The notes under the pieces are model-generated. The model saw nothing but the letters and a program-made list of their open reading frames with translations. It made no database searches and was not told the origin of the DNA. From the NCBI GenBank assembly GCA_963667175.2, contig CAXXXF010000012.1, forward strand, positions 1-64,000: DNA of 64,000 nucleotides. The letters run 5' to 3'. The DNA is from Candidatus Latescibacterota bacterium. GTDB taxonomy: Bacteria > Latescibacterota > UBA2968 > GCA-2709665. Made by a program: the position numbers and the translations under genes. This document shows positions 30,527 to 41,029 of this stretch, piece after piece (the stretch's first letter is position 1; every line of letters starts with the position of its first letter).

Positions 30527-32259
30527 TCTCCCCCGGGCGCCGCATTGTCCGCGACGTCCGCGATGGCGTCGAGTTTCGCGCAGACCTCGGCATCTATTTC
30601 GTTCTGAGGAACGTACTCGGCCAGTTCGTGGAAGTCCTTCCTGGCCATCAGGTTCGGCAGATCAAGTCGTTTGAAATAGGAAGCGAACAGCGGAGCCAGA
30701 AATTCATCGCGCGCTTTGATGTCCTCGCTCCACGGCGACGGCCTGCCCAGCGCCTTTAGTTCCGACGCCACTTCCGCAATCGCATCGCGCATGGCGTTCT
30801 GGCGTCTGCTGACTTCCATCGTCGTGAACAAAGGTCCCACGGAGGCGTCCTCCGCGGTACCCGTCGCGTATGCCTCCAGCGTCGCCCGCGAGCAGACGTA
30901 GTTCTCAATCACTCGACGCGTCCACGTCAAACACTGGATCGGGACGATATCGCTGCTCTCCGATTCGAGGCGATCGAAGAGGGCAACGCCCCGAAGCGTC
31001 GGGACCGCCTCGCGCAAGCCGTGGAAATGTGGCCGAACGGCTGCCGGCTGGTCTAGTACGTATTTCACAAACGGCCGTTCGAGCGCCCGGACGGCGCGTT
31101 TGTGTCCGAGTCGCCTGGCGAACGTCTGAAGCATCGACAGGTCCTTCGAGCTTTCCAGATAGAGAACCCACCCGGTAAGTTGGGCCTGAAATTGCTGTTC
31201 GAAGCCGATCCCATCCGGCGCTTCAACGTCATCGCTGCCGTCGTCGTCAATCGGATGCGGCCCTCCATCGAACGAAAAGACCACCTCCCGACCTGCAATC
31301 TCGCTGAGCCTCACTTCGGTGTGACTGGAAGCGATGATCTGACTGCCACTTTCTCTTGCGACGTCGGTGAGCAGTCCACAAACCCGGTCCTGGCGGAGAA
31401 TCTCCAGGTGAGCGTCAGGCTCTTGCATAAGGAGGACGGCGCCTGGATTCGAGTACATATACGCCAGCAGCAGCAACGTCTGGTGCAGTCCCTGATCCGC
31501 TGACGCAAGATCGAACTCGATGTGCTCATCACCGAAAGTCATCGCAATCACGCCCCGCTCCTCGATATATCGGGGCGGATTGACACGAAGCCCGAACAGA
31601 GTCTGTATCCTTTTGTCGAGGACGTTCCACTTTTCCGGCTGCGCCCGGTGGACCTGGAAACAAAGGTTTCGCAACACGTCGACGGCACGACCCTCCCGAA
31701 TTCGTTCGTTGACGGCCCCCACGTCGAGGCGCGGTTCCGTCTCGGCCAGACCCGACAATGGTGATAGGTAGGCGATCCGGGCTCTTCCGGCTTCGTCGGG
31801 AACGGGCATGAGGTCCGGAGTCTTGCTTTCCGACAGGCGAAGCGGCATGCAGTCGAAGGACCGGTCATTCGTGTAGTCGAACTCCAGGCCGCAACGCCAG
31901 TGTCTGTCCTCAATACCCCCCTCCACGATGATCTCAATGCGTACGTTGCTGGTACGCTGCCTTCCATCGTCGGTTCTCAGGTCCCGCACGTTCAGATCTT
32001 GCCACAGAATGTCCGCCTCAGAAACCGGAATCGCATCGAGGTCGCGGCGGTCGATCGACACTCCCGGGCGTTTCTCGGGCGTACTCTTGCCGGAACGCTT
32101 CTCATTCCAGCGCATCAGCCCGACGTTCCATAGCGCCAGGGCCTGCATGGCGGAGGTTTCGTCCGAGTGGTCGGGTCCGATGAACACCACCGGACTCCCC
32201 AATTCGATCTCCACCTCGCCGAGGCGCTTGAAATTTCGGATGGTGAGTTTGGTCAGCAT
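30523..32259 (-). CDS. OLD-like ABC ATPase with TOPRIM-like C-terminus and degenerate Walker motifs
   Basis: Paralog of 34589-35638; Walker A is GPDHSDETS and Walker B is LLMQEPDAH; C-terminal LYLES.KD, LFD, IENY. Confidence 0.8.
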   Translation of the reverse strand: MLTKLTIRNFKRLGEVEIELGSPVVFIGPDHSDETSAMQALALWNVGLMRWNEKRSGKSTPEKRPGVSIDRRDLDAIPVSEADILWQDLNVRDLRTDDGRQRTSNVRIEIIVEGGIEDRHWRCGLEFDYTNDRSFDCMPLRLSESKTPDLMPVPDEAGRARIAYLSPLSGLAETEPRLDVGAVNERIREGRAVDVLRNLCFQVHRAQPEKWNVLDKRIQTLFGLRVNPPRYIEERGVIAMTFGDEHIEFDLASADQGLHQTLLLLAYMYSNPGAVLLMQEPDAHLEILRQDRVCGLLTDVARESGSQIIASSHTEVRLSEIAGREVVFSFDGGPHPIDDDGSDDVEAPDGIGFEQQFQAQLTGWVLYLESSKDLSMLQTFARRLGHKRAVRALERPFVKYVLDQPAAVRPHFHGLREAVPTLRGVALFDRLESESSDIVPIQCLTWTRRVIENYVCSRATLEAYATGTAEDASVGPLFTTMEVSRRQNAMRDAIAEVASELKALGRPSPWSEDIKARDEFLAPLFASYFKRLDLPNLMARKDFHELAEYVPQNEIDAEVCAKLDAIADVADNAAPGGE

Positions 32260-32410
32260 CAGTTCGCGACAATTCCTATTTGGAGGGAAGAAGCCGTTCC
32301 TCATTCGAGCACGAACACGCAAAGCATCCAATCCTGCCTGCTAAGGAACGGCAATGATCCTTTATTCACGAATTGGGCCAGCCCGGCTCTATTCGGCAAG
32401 GTCACGAGGA

Positions 32411-32561
32411 ATTACCAAGAGCAGTAAATATTGGACAGTGGCCAGTGGTCAGGAAGAGCAGTCGCTCACTTCCATTTATTCTCAGGATTGGCAAATATTC
32501 GACACCGAGACCCCACGAAAGAAGAGTGGGAGGATAGTAACTATAGGGTGCTCCCCGTAAT
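32411..32561. mobile_element. MITE family R3, copy 1 (~150 bp)
   Basis: Imperfect TIR ATTACCAAGAGCA...TGCTCCCCGTAAT; colinear with 51161-51311. Confidence 0.8.
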
Positions 32562-32598
32562 ATGTCTCGATACCAAAGTACATCCGATCACGTCGCGT

Positions 32599-33891
32599 TC
32601 AGGCTCCCTCGCTGACCACCGAGCGCGGCTCGGCACAGGCAGGCGCTTCGTTGCGGTTTTCGGTGAAGGCGAGTGCGGTTTCCATCCAGCCTTCGGTAAG
32701 CAGGTCGCCCAACCCTCTCCCGGACTTGCGCAATTTCCCGGCGTCGGGCAGTTCGGCGACCGGTCGGATGATAGCGTCGGAAGTGTCTTCAAGGCGGCAG
32801 ACGACAGAGGTATTCTCGAACGTATTGTCATTCATTACGGTCAACAGAGTTGGCGCATGGGTCGTGGTGAGCACCTGAATACCGTGCTTCGCAGTTTGTC
32901 GTTCGATTAAATCCGTCAACAAATGCAGCCGCACCGGGTGGATACCATTGTCGATTTCTTCAAAAAAATTGAAGCTGGCCGGATTTTCGCCGAACAGCAC
33001 AGCCAGTATGGCGAGAAAACGCAATGTGCCGTCCGAAGCGCTATAGGCAGATACTTTGCCGCCATTTGCCTCGCAGAGCATGAGATGGACCCGACCGCTC
33101 GGGTCACTCGGAAACTCGAAATCGGCCACTTCCATGGGTGTGAGTTCGTTCAGCCAATTGGCGAGGATTTCTTTTCGCCGTGGGGCGGCGCAAATTGCCT
33201 GAAGCACGGTCGGCAAATTCTCACCGCCATCGCCCAATACGTTTGCGCCTGGGAACGTGGGCTCACGCATTCGATCCGGCACGAAGTCAAAAAATCGCAT
33301 ACGTTCAAACGCGGATTGAATGCCCAATTCGGACAATTTCTGGTACCATATCTCCTTGTCGTTCTGAAGAAACTGAGTCAGGCCAGGTTGAGATTGGCTA
33401 AGCCCAATTACGCGTTCAGCCTTCTCCCCCACTGCCAGCCAGAGGCCGGGATCACCACTCTCCACGGTCTTATAGATCATCGCCGATTCCGTCCGTAGCT
33501 CTTCTTCCAGCACACCGAATCCGTTTGGGTTTGTTGGGTCTAATCCAACCTTGATTGAATAGAAGGTCTTCATCCCCGACAGATTCAGTTCGATATGCAG
33601 GGAAAACGCGGCAGGCACAACAGGAGAGAGTTCGAATGGATCGGAAAAATGAATGATCTCGTTTGGAGCGCCTCGGATGGGTTCCCATACCTGCTGGCCG
33701 CCGCCGCCATATTTCCCGCCCATGATCTCCGCCAGCGTATAGCCCCGGCCGATGCCGTGGAGGAAGCGGAGGGCGTCGCGGATATTGCTTTTGCCGCTGG
33801 CGTTCGCGCCTACGATGACCGTGAACGGGCCGACGCGCAGGGTCTCGTCGGCGAAGTTTTTGAAATTCACGAGGCGAATCGACGTGATCAT
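32599..33891 (-). CDS. ABC-type (AAA_21) ATPase
   Basis: GANASGKS, SDGTLR, FEEIDNGIHP, TTH. Confidence 0.9.
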   Translation of the reverse strand: MITSIRLVNFKNFADETLRVGPFTVIVGANASGKSNIRDALRFLHGIGRGYTLAEIMGGKYGGGGQQVWEPIRGAPNEIIHFSDPFELSPVVPAAFSLHIELNLSGMKTFYSIKVGLDPTNPNGFGVLEEELRTESAMIYKTVESGDPGLWLAVGEKAERVIGLSQSQPGLTQFLQNDKEIWYQKLSELGIQSAFERMRFFDFVPDRMREPTFPGANVLGDGGENLPTVLQAICAAPRRKEILANWLNELTPMEVADFEFPSDPSGRVHLMLCEANGGKVSAYSASDGTLRFLAILAVLFGENPASFNFFEEIDNGIHPVRLHLLTDLIERQTAKHGIQVLTTTHAPTLLTVMNDNTFENTSVVCRLEDTSDAIIRPVAELPDAGKLRKSGRGLGDLLTEGWMETALAFTENRNEAPACAEPRSVVSEGA

Positions 33892-34005
33892 GATGCTTTC
33901 TCCGATTAGCTATTCACTTGTGGTAACCGGGGGCGGCCAGTTCAATGAGCGGCTGTGCCAGCGCTCGGATAGTGGGGCTCCGGTTCACACTCGCCTCCCG
34001 CGCGT

Positions 34006-34308
34006 TCAGGTCTGCACAGCCTCGCGGTTCTTGAGTGTTGGCAGCGCTCTGATGGCGTCGCCTGTTATCTCCTCAGCAATCCGTAATTCATAGAGCTTTT
34101 GTAAATTCATCCAGAACTCCGCGCTGGTGTAAAAAAAATGAGCCAACCTCAGGGCCGTATCGCCAGTGATTGCACGTCGTCCATTGAGGATTTCGGCGAT
34201 TCGGCTGGCAGGCGCCTCAATATGTCGTGCGAGCGAAACTGCGCTTATGTCGAGCTCTCTCAACTCCTCGGCAAGGTGTTCTCCCGGATGAATCGCGGGT
34301 ATGGTCAT
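34006..34308 (-). CDS. higA: HigA-family antitoxin
   Basis: IHPGEHLAEEL, ITGDTALRL, FWMNLQ. Confidence 0.9.
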   Translation of the reverse strand: MTIPAIHPGEHLAEELRELDISAVSLARHIEAPASRIAEILNGRRAITGDTALRLAHFFYTSAEFWMNLQKLYELRIAEEITGDAIRALPTLKNREAVQT

Positions 34309-34323
34309 CACAGTTCTCCTTAG

Positions 34324-34536
34324 CCTCAATTCGAAAAAGATGACCGCTAATTCAGCCACAAAAAGCACAAAAGTCACAAAAGGTATCGGTGCCAATCGGG
34401 GCGTAAAGGTCGTCCAAATGGACAATTCTACCGTTCACATACAGTGACCTGAAGTATCCTGGATATCCGACGTCAAATCGCCTGTATTCACCTGCATATA
34501 TTCGATTAAACGTCACCGAAGAATTACGAATCAAGG
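34324..34536. mobile_element. MITE family R2, copy 1, flanked by TTAG
   Basis: TTAG|CCTCAATTCG...CGAATCAAGG|TTAG; colinear with 44358-44571. Confidence 0.85.
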
Positions 34537-34575
34537 TTAGTGATAGTCCACGATTTCCACGTTCGTTGGCCCCGG
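34537..34575 (-). pseudogene. 3' remnant of higB
   Basis: Minus strand reads GPTNVEIVDYH*, the typical HigB C-terminus. Confidence 0.75.
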
Positions 34576-34588
34576 TCAGAAACCGATT

Positions 34589-35638
34589 TCATTCAGCGCT
34601 AACACGTCCCGGCTCTCGGGCGTCGTCAATCGGATGCGGCCCTCCATCGAACGAGATGACCATGTCCCGACCTGCGACTTCGTTGAGCAGCACTACGGAG
34701 TGGGTGGCGGCAATGATCTGACTCCCGCTTGCTCTCGCTACTTCCGTGAGCAGCCCAAAGATCTGGCGCTGCCTGAGACTCTCCAGGTGAGCGTCCGGCT
34801 CCTCCACGAGCAGAACGGCCCCAGGATTGGAATACATGTGCGCCAGCAATAGCAATGTCTGCTGCAGTCCGCGCCCCGCGGACGACAGATCGAGCCTGAC
34901 CCGCTGTTCACGGTACGTCATTGCGATCTCGCCCCGTTCCGGTATATACACGGGTGGGTCGAGCCGTGACCCGAACAGTGTCTGTATGTGTTCAACAAGG
35001 ATGTTCCACTTTTCCGGTTGCGTCTGATGGACCTGGAAACACAGGTTTCGCAGAACCTCCGCCGTACGACCCTCCCCAATCCGGACGTTGACGGCCCCCT
35101 CGTCGAGGCGCGTTTCCGTCGCGGCCAAACCCGACATTGGCGGCAGGAAGGCAATTCGCATGCTTCCGGCTTCGTTTGGTACGGGCATCCGGTACGGTGT
35201 TCTAGAATCCGAAAGGCGTAACGGCCTGCAGTAGAAGGACTGATCATTCGCGTAGTCGAACTCAAGGCCGCACTGCCAGCGTTTGTCCTCGGTTACTCCC
35301 TCCACGATGACGTCAATGCGAACGTTGCTGGTGCGCTGCCTTCCATCCACGATCCGCACGTCCCGCACGTGCAGGTCTCGCCACAGAAGGTTCGCCTCTG
35401 GTATGGGAATTGCAACGAGATCACGCCGGTTGATCGTCACTCCGGGGCGTTTCTCGGGCGTACTCTTGCCGGAACGCTTCTCATTCCAGCGCATCAGCCC
35501 GACGTCCCATAGCGCCAGGGCCTGCATGGCAGAGGTCTTGCCCGAGTTGTTCGGTCCGATGAACACCACCGGACTCCCCAATTCGATTTCCACCTCGCCG
35601 AAGCGCTTGAAATTACGGATGGTTAGATTGGTTAGCAT
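34589..35638 (-). CDS. ABC ATPase, ATPase domain only; paralog of 30523-32259
   Basis: GPNNSGKTS, SSAGRG, LVEEPDAH, ATH; ends just after FDGGPHPIDD. Confidence 0.85.
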   Translation of the reverse strand: MLTNLTIRNFKRFGEVEIELGSPVVFIGPNNSGKTSAMQALALWDVGLMRWNEKRSGKSTPEKRPGVTINRRDLVAIPIPEANLLWRDLHVRDVRIVDGRQRTSNVRIDVIVEGVTEDKRWQCGLEFDYANDQSFYCRPLRLSDSRTPYRMPVPNEAGSMRIAFLPPMSGLAATETRLDEGAVNVRIGEGRTAEVLRNLCFQVHQTQPEKWNILVEHIQTLFGSRLDPPVYIPERGEIAMTYREQRVRLDLSSAGRGLQQTLLLLAHMYSNPGAVLLVEEPDAHLESLRQRQIFGLLTEVARASGSQIIAATHSVVLLNEVAGRDMVISFDGGPHPIDDAREPGRVSAE

Positions 35639-35688
35639 CGGGTTTCCAACAGGCACAAAGTTCCGTGTAATTTCTTTATATTTAATAA

Positions 35689-38600
35689 TTAGCGGTCGAA
35701 TTCTTCAAGTTCATTTCCAAAATCCCCCAGCCCTTCCAGGCAAAGCCGGTCGATCAAGTCCAATGCACGCGCCCCCCAGATGTCGTTCTCGTGCTGCTGG
35801 TACGTCCGGAATATGAGCTTCGCGATACCGTGTGCGTCGGCTGAACGACTGGTCCTGATGTCTCTTGCTTCATCTGCGAATCGATCCAGGAATCGCTCAC
35901 AAACCACACACGTGATTCCCGGTAAACGCCTCGACGATTCTTCCATTGTTTCGACAAGGTATGTCGACTCATCGTGAAATGCCTTGCTGTCGCAGAATGA
36001 CGTGATTAATTCTTCGTATGTTTGGAGGGATTCATTGCGCAGTTTGTCGAAACATGAGGCAGCAATACGCCGTACTTCATTATCGTCGTCGTTGAACAAT
36101 AGACATAGCCGTTCTTCGGCCCAGGTTCGGTACTCAGGTACAGCGATATTTGCGTACGCGACCTGCGCCACACCGAGACGACACCTGGCGGGTCCGCGAA
36201 AGGCTTCATTTGCAAGGTCCGAAGCCTGCATGGAATTCTCTTTTATCAGTGCTGCGATACAGGCCAAGCGTGCGCCAGACTCCTGTACATCGGGCTCGGA
36301 TGACCGGATCATATGACTAATGATCGGCGACATTTCGTCTAAACAGGCGTGAATTCCATGGTGAATTAAGCGGTAGACATCTCTTGTTGCAAGCAAGCGG
36401 TCTTCCGACAGGTTCATGCCACGGAATAGCGACATTCCAAGCGACACGTCGTTAAAAGCAACGACGTCGACTGCACCTGCAACACGTGACAGCACCGCGG
36501 GGCTAGGGTCCCGAATCATCATTGCCAAAGTGGGCTGAAAACGGTCGACGTACGTCGAGTCTCCGAGAATGAGGTCACGAATGGCATTGGCCGCTCGCCC
36601 CCGCGTGGTGTTGATTCCATTCATATAGATATCACCACCGTAAAAGGGTTCGCCATTGCCGACTTCCCTACGCCACAATTCTCGATCCGGATCGTCGTGT
36701 TCCGTTGCCAGGTAGTGCAGCATTTGAACGGCCTCGTCCGGGAGTGCCTCCCCTAAGCTTCCGAGGACGTCCGCGATCGACTTGCCGCAGTGCGCACGTG
36801 ATTCCTGGAAGGCCTTGCGACAGACCTGAAGTTTGAGTGCGGTGTGGACAGTAGATTCCGTCAACGCGGCCAATACCACATCAATATACACCGGGTTGGC
36901 ATCGGCAGGAAACCTGAGGCTAAGGCGCGCGAATCGAACCGGTTCCTCATTGACCCGCTCTTCCAAAATTCGCGCCAACTCTGGCGCACCGCCCTTTATC
37001 GGGTCGGCCGTGTCGTCGGTTCGATTCGTGCTGTATTTCGCAATCGCGCGGAGCCACTGGCAGTCTGTCATTCTCTCCGCTGCAGACCTTTCGATAGGTG
37101 ACTTGACAAAGCCTGCCGTGAATTTGCGGGGCTTGCCTTCCGGTTCACCAAACTTCCGCTTCAATTCCTCGAAGTGCGCGCCTGCACGAGTACTTCGCAG
37201 CTCTGGTGGAATCGCCGAGAGCAGGTTGAACCGCGCCCGGCCGTTTTCTCTGCGTCCCTCTATGGTGCGCTCATAGGGATCCGCATAGCGCAGAATCGCG
37301 GCTTGAAGCTTGTTGCGATTCCCTGCACTGCAGTGCGGGAACAAAGCCCGAATCGCTTCCATCGCGCACCAGTACCGGTTGCCAGAGAACCCACACTTAA
37401 AACGCCACGGTTCATCACACAGCAACAGAACCGCCTCGTCCGCGTATCGTGCCGCACCTCCACCGTACAAAGCCAGGAGAAGATGGTTTGCGACGTGTGT
37501 ATCTCGGCGGCGCAACTCCGCGATCTCACTGGACAGATCGGTTTTCCCCTCGCGCGCGTGCGCGGCGAGCGCCATGGCCAACCCCGACAGACAGGCATTT
37601 TTGCCATCTGGATGTTCGGTCCTTATGAAAATTGACCATACGCCATCACGCTTCGGCGGCTCATCGCCCATCTGAGCGGAATCCGAAATTTCGAGAACAA
37701 CCGGCAGCACATGCTCCACAAAAGCGGCGGGGGCCTTGGCCGCTGCCTTATCCAAAATCTCTATTGCGGAGTCGTCATATCCAAAGAACTGCTTGTGGCG
37801 CACGTCCTCGCCTGCATCCCTGATGGTTGTAAACCGTAACCGAAGCCTTTGGGCCAGGGCCTCAGGCACCCACTCTGGCCTGCATTCAACGAGACGGTAC
37901 AAAATACGCCGGAATGTGTCCTTTATGGCGACAGGCTTCCGGGAATCGTATAGACCCCCGTTTTCGACAAGACGTAGATAGATATCGAAAACCTCTCGGC
38001 TAGCGCCGAGGTCAGTGAAACCGATAATAGAGCAAAGCCGTCGCGGCCATTCGCCGCCGCAGTCAACGTACGGTTTCAAAATATCGGCGACGACATCCGG
38101 CGAGTGGCGGTGGTGTATCCTCAGGTAATCTACAGCCTCATCCACCAGGCGGTCTTTGCCGGAGGCCAGCCATTGCTTGATCAGCTTCTGCATCCCAATG
38201 AACGCAAACCATGAAGATGACCCAAAGAGACGCTGCCAAGCGAGGGCCGATAACTTGCCCGCGTTTGGCGTTCCGTTCTCGATCACTATTAGCGCCGGGG
38301 CTGACCACCGCTGCCAGATGTCCCATTCCTCTTCGGTCGGTTCGGTAACTTCGGCGAGAAGCGCGAAAACTAGATGCTTGATGTGGGGCCGGATTGCTTC
38401 GTCCGAGAGCAGGCCGTCGACTTCTTGCACATAACGAGGGAAGTCAGCGTCACGGAGGTAAACCAGCGCCTGCCGAACCAAAGCGCGGCAAAACAGGTGT
38501 TGCTCCGATTTTTTCAGGAACGAGACGAGCGATTCAGACCGATTGAAGAACAGTCGCGCAAAACAGTAGTCGAAGAAACTTTCGTGACCGAATCCGTACC

Positions 38601-40206
38601 GCCGCCCGTCGCAGTTAAGTACGCCTTCCGAAGCCAGACTGTGCAAGTAATTGGGCTGAATGATGTCCAGCTTCTCTTTGGCCACAGAAAGCTGCTGAGT
38701 GGAGGTCATCTCATCACAGAGGGTCTTCATGACTTCCATCCACAGATCGCTCTCGACTTGCTCTAATACGACCTGTCGCTTGGTGTCCCAGTACTGCTCG
38801 AAGAGCTTTGTGGCAGTACCGAACGTGGGTGCCTGCAACGCGTCAATGTCGGCATCGAGAAAAAGAGATAGGTTCTGTGGAAGCCGCAGTAGCTCCAACT
38901 GGCGCTTCTGGAACAACGCCGGATCGAAACCGGCGTCCCCCAAAATGGCCTTGACTTCCTCGACCGTAAATTCGATGACGTCTACCTGGGGGTGTGAATT
39001 CGGCATTAGCTTGCGCAAACGCGGGTCGTTTTTCCAGTCGAACGCCCGGCAGACGACAACCGTATGTATATTGGCTCGCGTTCGTGTCCCACGGGCTTCG
39101 CGAAGCAGCCACTCGACGAGATCAAATGCCTCGGACTTCCTACCAGACAGGGTACTCACCGCGTCCAGTTGATCGACAATGAGGACGCCCGGAGGCCCTT
39201 CGGCTTCTGCCGCCGCCGCGAGCACAAGAACCGGCGACTCTTCGAGATCCAGAAACTTTCCAAGATCCGTAGTTGTAGATGCTGAAAGGACCCGATCCAA
39301 CCGGAACGCCACCACGGGAATTCCCCGTGCGCGGAGGCACTCTGTGACCTGAACGACGCAAGCCGTTTTCCCAGTGCCTGCCCTGCCGGTCAGAACGCTG
39401 TCGGTCGCCTCCCTCTTCAGTTGCGAAAGTAGCGTTTCCGCAGCTTTCCTCGGGACGAGCTTTTTCTGAATGAGCCTGATTCGTGCTCCGTCCAGGTACC
39501 GATTTGTCGCAGCTTCTACAGCATCACCAGCGTGCATCGGCCTACGCAAGCGTCGCAGTTGATATCCGTGCTGGGCAAGTTCGTGGACCAACGTTTGGCG
39601 CCTCAGCGTGCGATGCACGGAATCTTCAGCGATCGCCCGTAGCTTCTCCACCACGTTGTTCGGATTCGCGAGAAAAAGCGCCTGTACACCACACTGCACC
39701 TTGTCTACGAGTTCACGCTCGTCAATCGTGTGGATTTCCACCCGTCGGAGTTGGTCAATCGCGGCTGGCACTTCACACTTCCAGTGACAAAGCAGCCGTT
39801 TAAGCCATTCCTTCCGTTCATTGGCCGCGAGAAAGGCCTGTTTGAACTCCTCCACTGACTCCGCGCACTTCGCTGCCTCGCATAGCTCCGACAGCTCTGG
39901 AGCGCCGCTACCCGACGCGAAGACGAATCGATCATTGTTGCCCGCCAACTGCTGGCCAATGGCCTGAAGAAGCCCGTCAGCACTGAGTCCCGCGAGGCTC
40001 CACTTACCGTTAGGATGGCTGCGTTTCACCTGATGGAGTTCTCGACAGGACCCGGCTTTAACGACAAACTCCGCCTTCTCGAATCCGGGATCCTCAATAC
40101 GGATTTCATCGGTGTCGCCTCGGAGCATTCGAACCAACTGCGAAACCGTCCACCAATTCTCGTAGCGGTTGCCGAGTTTGTTTGCAGGTCCACCTGGTAG
40201 TGCCAT
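35689..40206 (-). CDS. Avs/AVAST-like STAND NTPase with N-terminal PD-(D/E)xK-like nuclease
   Basis: ~1505 aa; GNRYE...E...EF...HQVK at the N-terminus, GRAGTGKT, LIVDQLD, FGHESFFDY, long helical C-terminus. Confidence 0.8.
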   Translation of the reverse strand: MALPGGPANKLGNRYENWWTVSQLVRMLRGDTDEIRIEDPGFEKAEFVVKAGSCRELHQVKRSHPNGKWSLAGLSADGLLQAIGQQLAGNNDRFVFASGSGAPELSELCEAAKCAESVEEFKQAFLAANERKEWLKRLLCHWKCEVPAAIDQLRRVEIHTIDERELVDKVQCGVQALFLANPNNVVEKLRAIAEDSVHRTLRRQTLVHELAQHGYQLRRLRRPMHAGDAVEAATNRYLDGARIRLIQKKLVPRKAAETLLSQLKREATDSVLTGRAGTGKTACVVQVTECLRARGIPVVAFRLDRVLSASTTTDLGKFLDLEESPVLVLAAAAEAEGPPGVLIVDQLDAVSTLSGRKSEAFDLVEWLLREARGTRTRANIHTVVVCRAFDWKNDPRLRKLMPNSHPQVDVIEFTVEEVKAILGDAGFDPALFQKRQLELLRLPQNLSLFLDADIDALQAPTFGTATKLFEQYWDTKRQVVLEQVESDLWMEVMKTLCDEMTSTQQLSVAKEKLDIIQPNYLHSLASEGVLNCDGRRYGFGHESFFDYCFARLFFNRSESLVSFLKKSEQHLFCRALVRQALVYLRDADFPRYVQEVDGLLSDEAIRPHIKHLVFALLAEVTEPTEEEWDIWQRWSAPALIVIENGTPNAGKLSALAWQRLFGSSSWFAFIGMQKLIKQWLASGKDRLVDEAVDYLRIHHRHSPDVVADILKPYVDCGGEWPRRLCSIIGFTDLGASREVFDIYLRLVENGGLYDSRKPVAIKDTFRRILYRLVECRPEWVPEALAQRLRLRFTTIRDAGEDVRHKQFFGYDDSAIEILDKAAAKAPAAFVEHVLPVVLEISDSAQMGDEPPKRDGVWSIFIRTEHPDGKNACLSGLAMALAAHAREGKTDLSSEIAELRRRDTHVANHLLLALYGGGAARYADEAVLLLCDEPWRFKCGFSGNRYWCAMEAIRALFPHCSAGNRNKLQAAILRYADPYERTIEGRRENGRARFNLLSAIPPELRSTRAGAHFEELKRKFGEPEGKPRKFTAGFVKSPIERSAAERMTDCQWLRAIAKYSTNRTDDTADPIKGGAPELARILEERVNEEPVRFARLSLRFPADANPVYIDVVLAALTESTVHTALKLQVCRKAFQESRAHCGKSIADVLGSLGEALPDEAVQMLHYLATEHDDPDRELWRREVGNGEPFYGGDIYMNGINTTRGRAANAIRDLILGDSTYVDRFQPTLAMMIRDPSPAVLSRVAGAVDVVAFNDVSLGMSLFRGMNLSEDRLLATRDVYRLIHHGIHACLDEMSPIISHMIRSSEPDVQESGARLACIAALIKENSMQASDLANEAFRGPARCRLGVAQVAYANIAVPEYRTWAEERLCLLFNDDDNEVRRIAASCFDKLRNESLQTYEELITSFCDSKAFHDESTYLVETMEESSRRLPGITCVVCERFLDRFADEARDIRTSRSADAHGIAKLIFRTYQQHENDIWGARALDLIDRLCLEGLGDFGNELEEFDR

Positions 40207-40560
40207 GAAAAAATGTCGGCCGATAAAGTAGCTCAATCAGCGAATTGACAACTACGTTTCTCAGGTCCAGCCTCACTACAGTTGCCACATAGACGCCAAA
40301 GGACCGTTTTATAATTCCTTTGTGCGTTTTCGCGGATGCCTTTAGCACAAAACTTTCTACGGAATGTCGTTCTGTTCCCCAGTCGGTCTTGAAGGCATCG
40401 ATGAGCGGTAGAGAAAGCGATGAATTCGTACGCAATGGAGTGAACGTCAGATATGCCGTAGAGGCGGTCCCGGGGTTACAGGTCCCTACGTGCCAATATA
40501 GGGTGAGACAACTCCCCCTTCGAGATTAATGTCGTATCATGGGCGGAGAGGAGAACAAGA

Positions 40561-41029
40561 GATGAGGTCAAGGACCGATGTTGTAGGCAACGGCAGCAAG
40601 GGGTCTCTGGTTGTGGAGGTCCCGCGCGGGACCTCCACAACCACGAGGCCGGATCCGGAAGTGCCGGCGCGTGCGCAGCGTCGCCGTTTCACGGCAAAGT
40701 ACAAGCTTCGCATCCTGGAAGAGGCGGATGCGTGTCGCGCTCCTGGTGAAGTCGGCGCGCTGCTGCGCCGCGAGGGTCTGTATTCCTCGCAGTTGACGCA
40801 GTGGCGTCGTGCGCGTCGCGAGGGGTCGCTCAAGGCGCTGTTGAAGCTGCGGGGACCGAAAGGGCGTCGCCGCGACGAGGTATCCGTCGAGAACGAGCAA
40901 CTGCGCAAGGAGATCGCCCGTTTGCGACGACGATTGGAACAGGCGAACACGATCCTCGAGATCCAAAAAAAAGCCTCCGAGATCCTGGGCATCCCCCTGA
41001 ATCCGCCAGCAGGCGACGACGACGTATGA
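40561..41029 (+). CDS. IS3 OrfA (HTH and zipper)
   Basis: RRRFTAKYKLRIL, REGLYSSQL..W; A8G run at 40965-40973. Confidence 0.88.
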
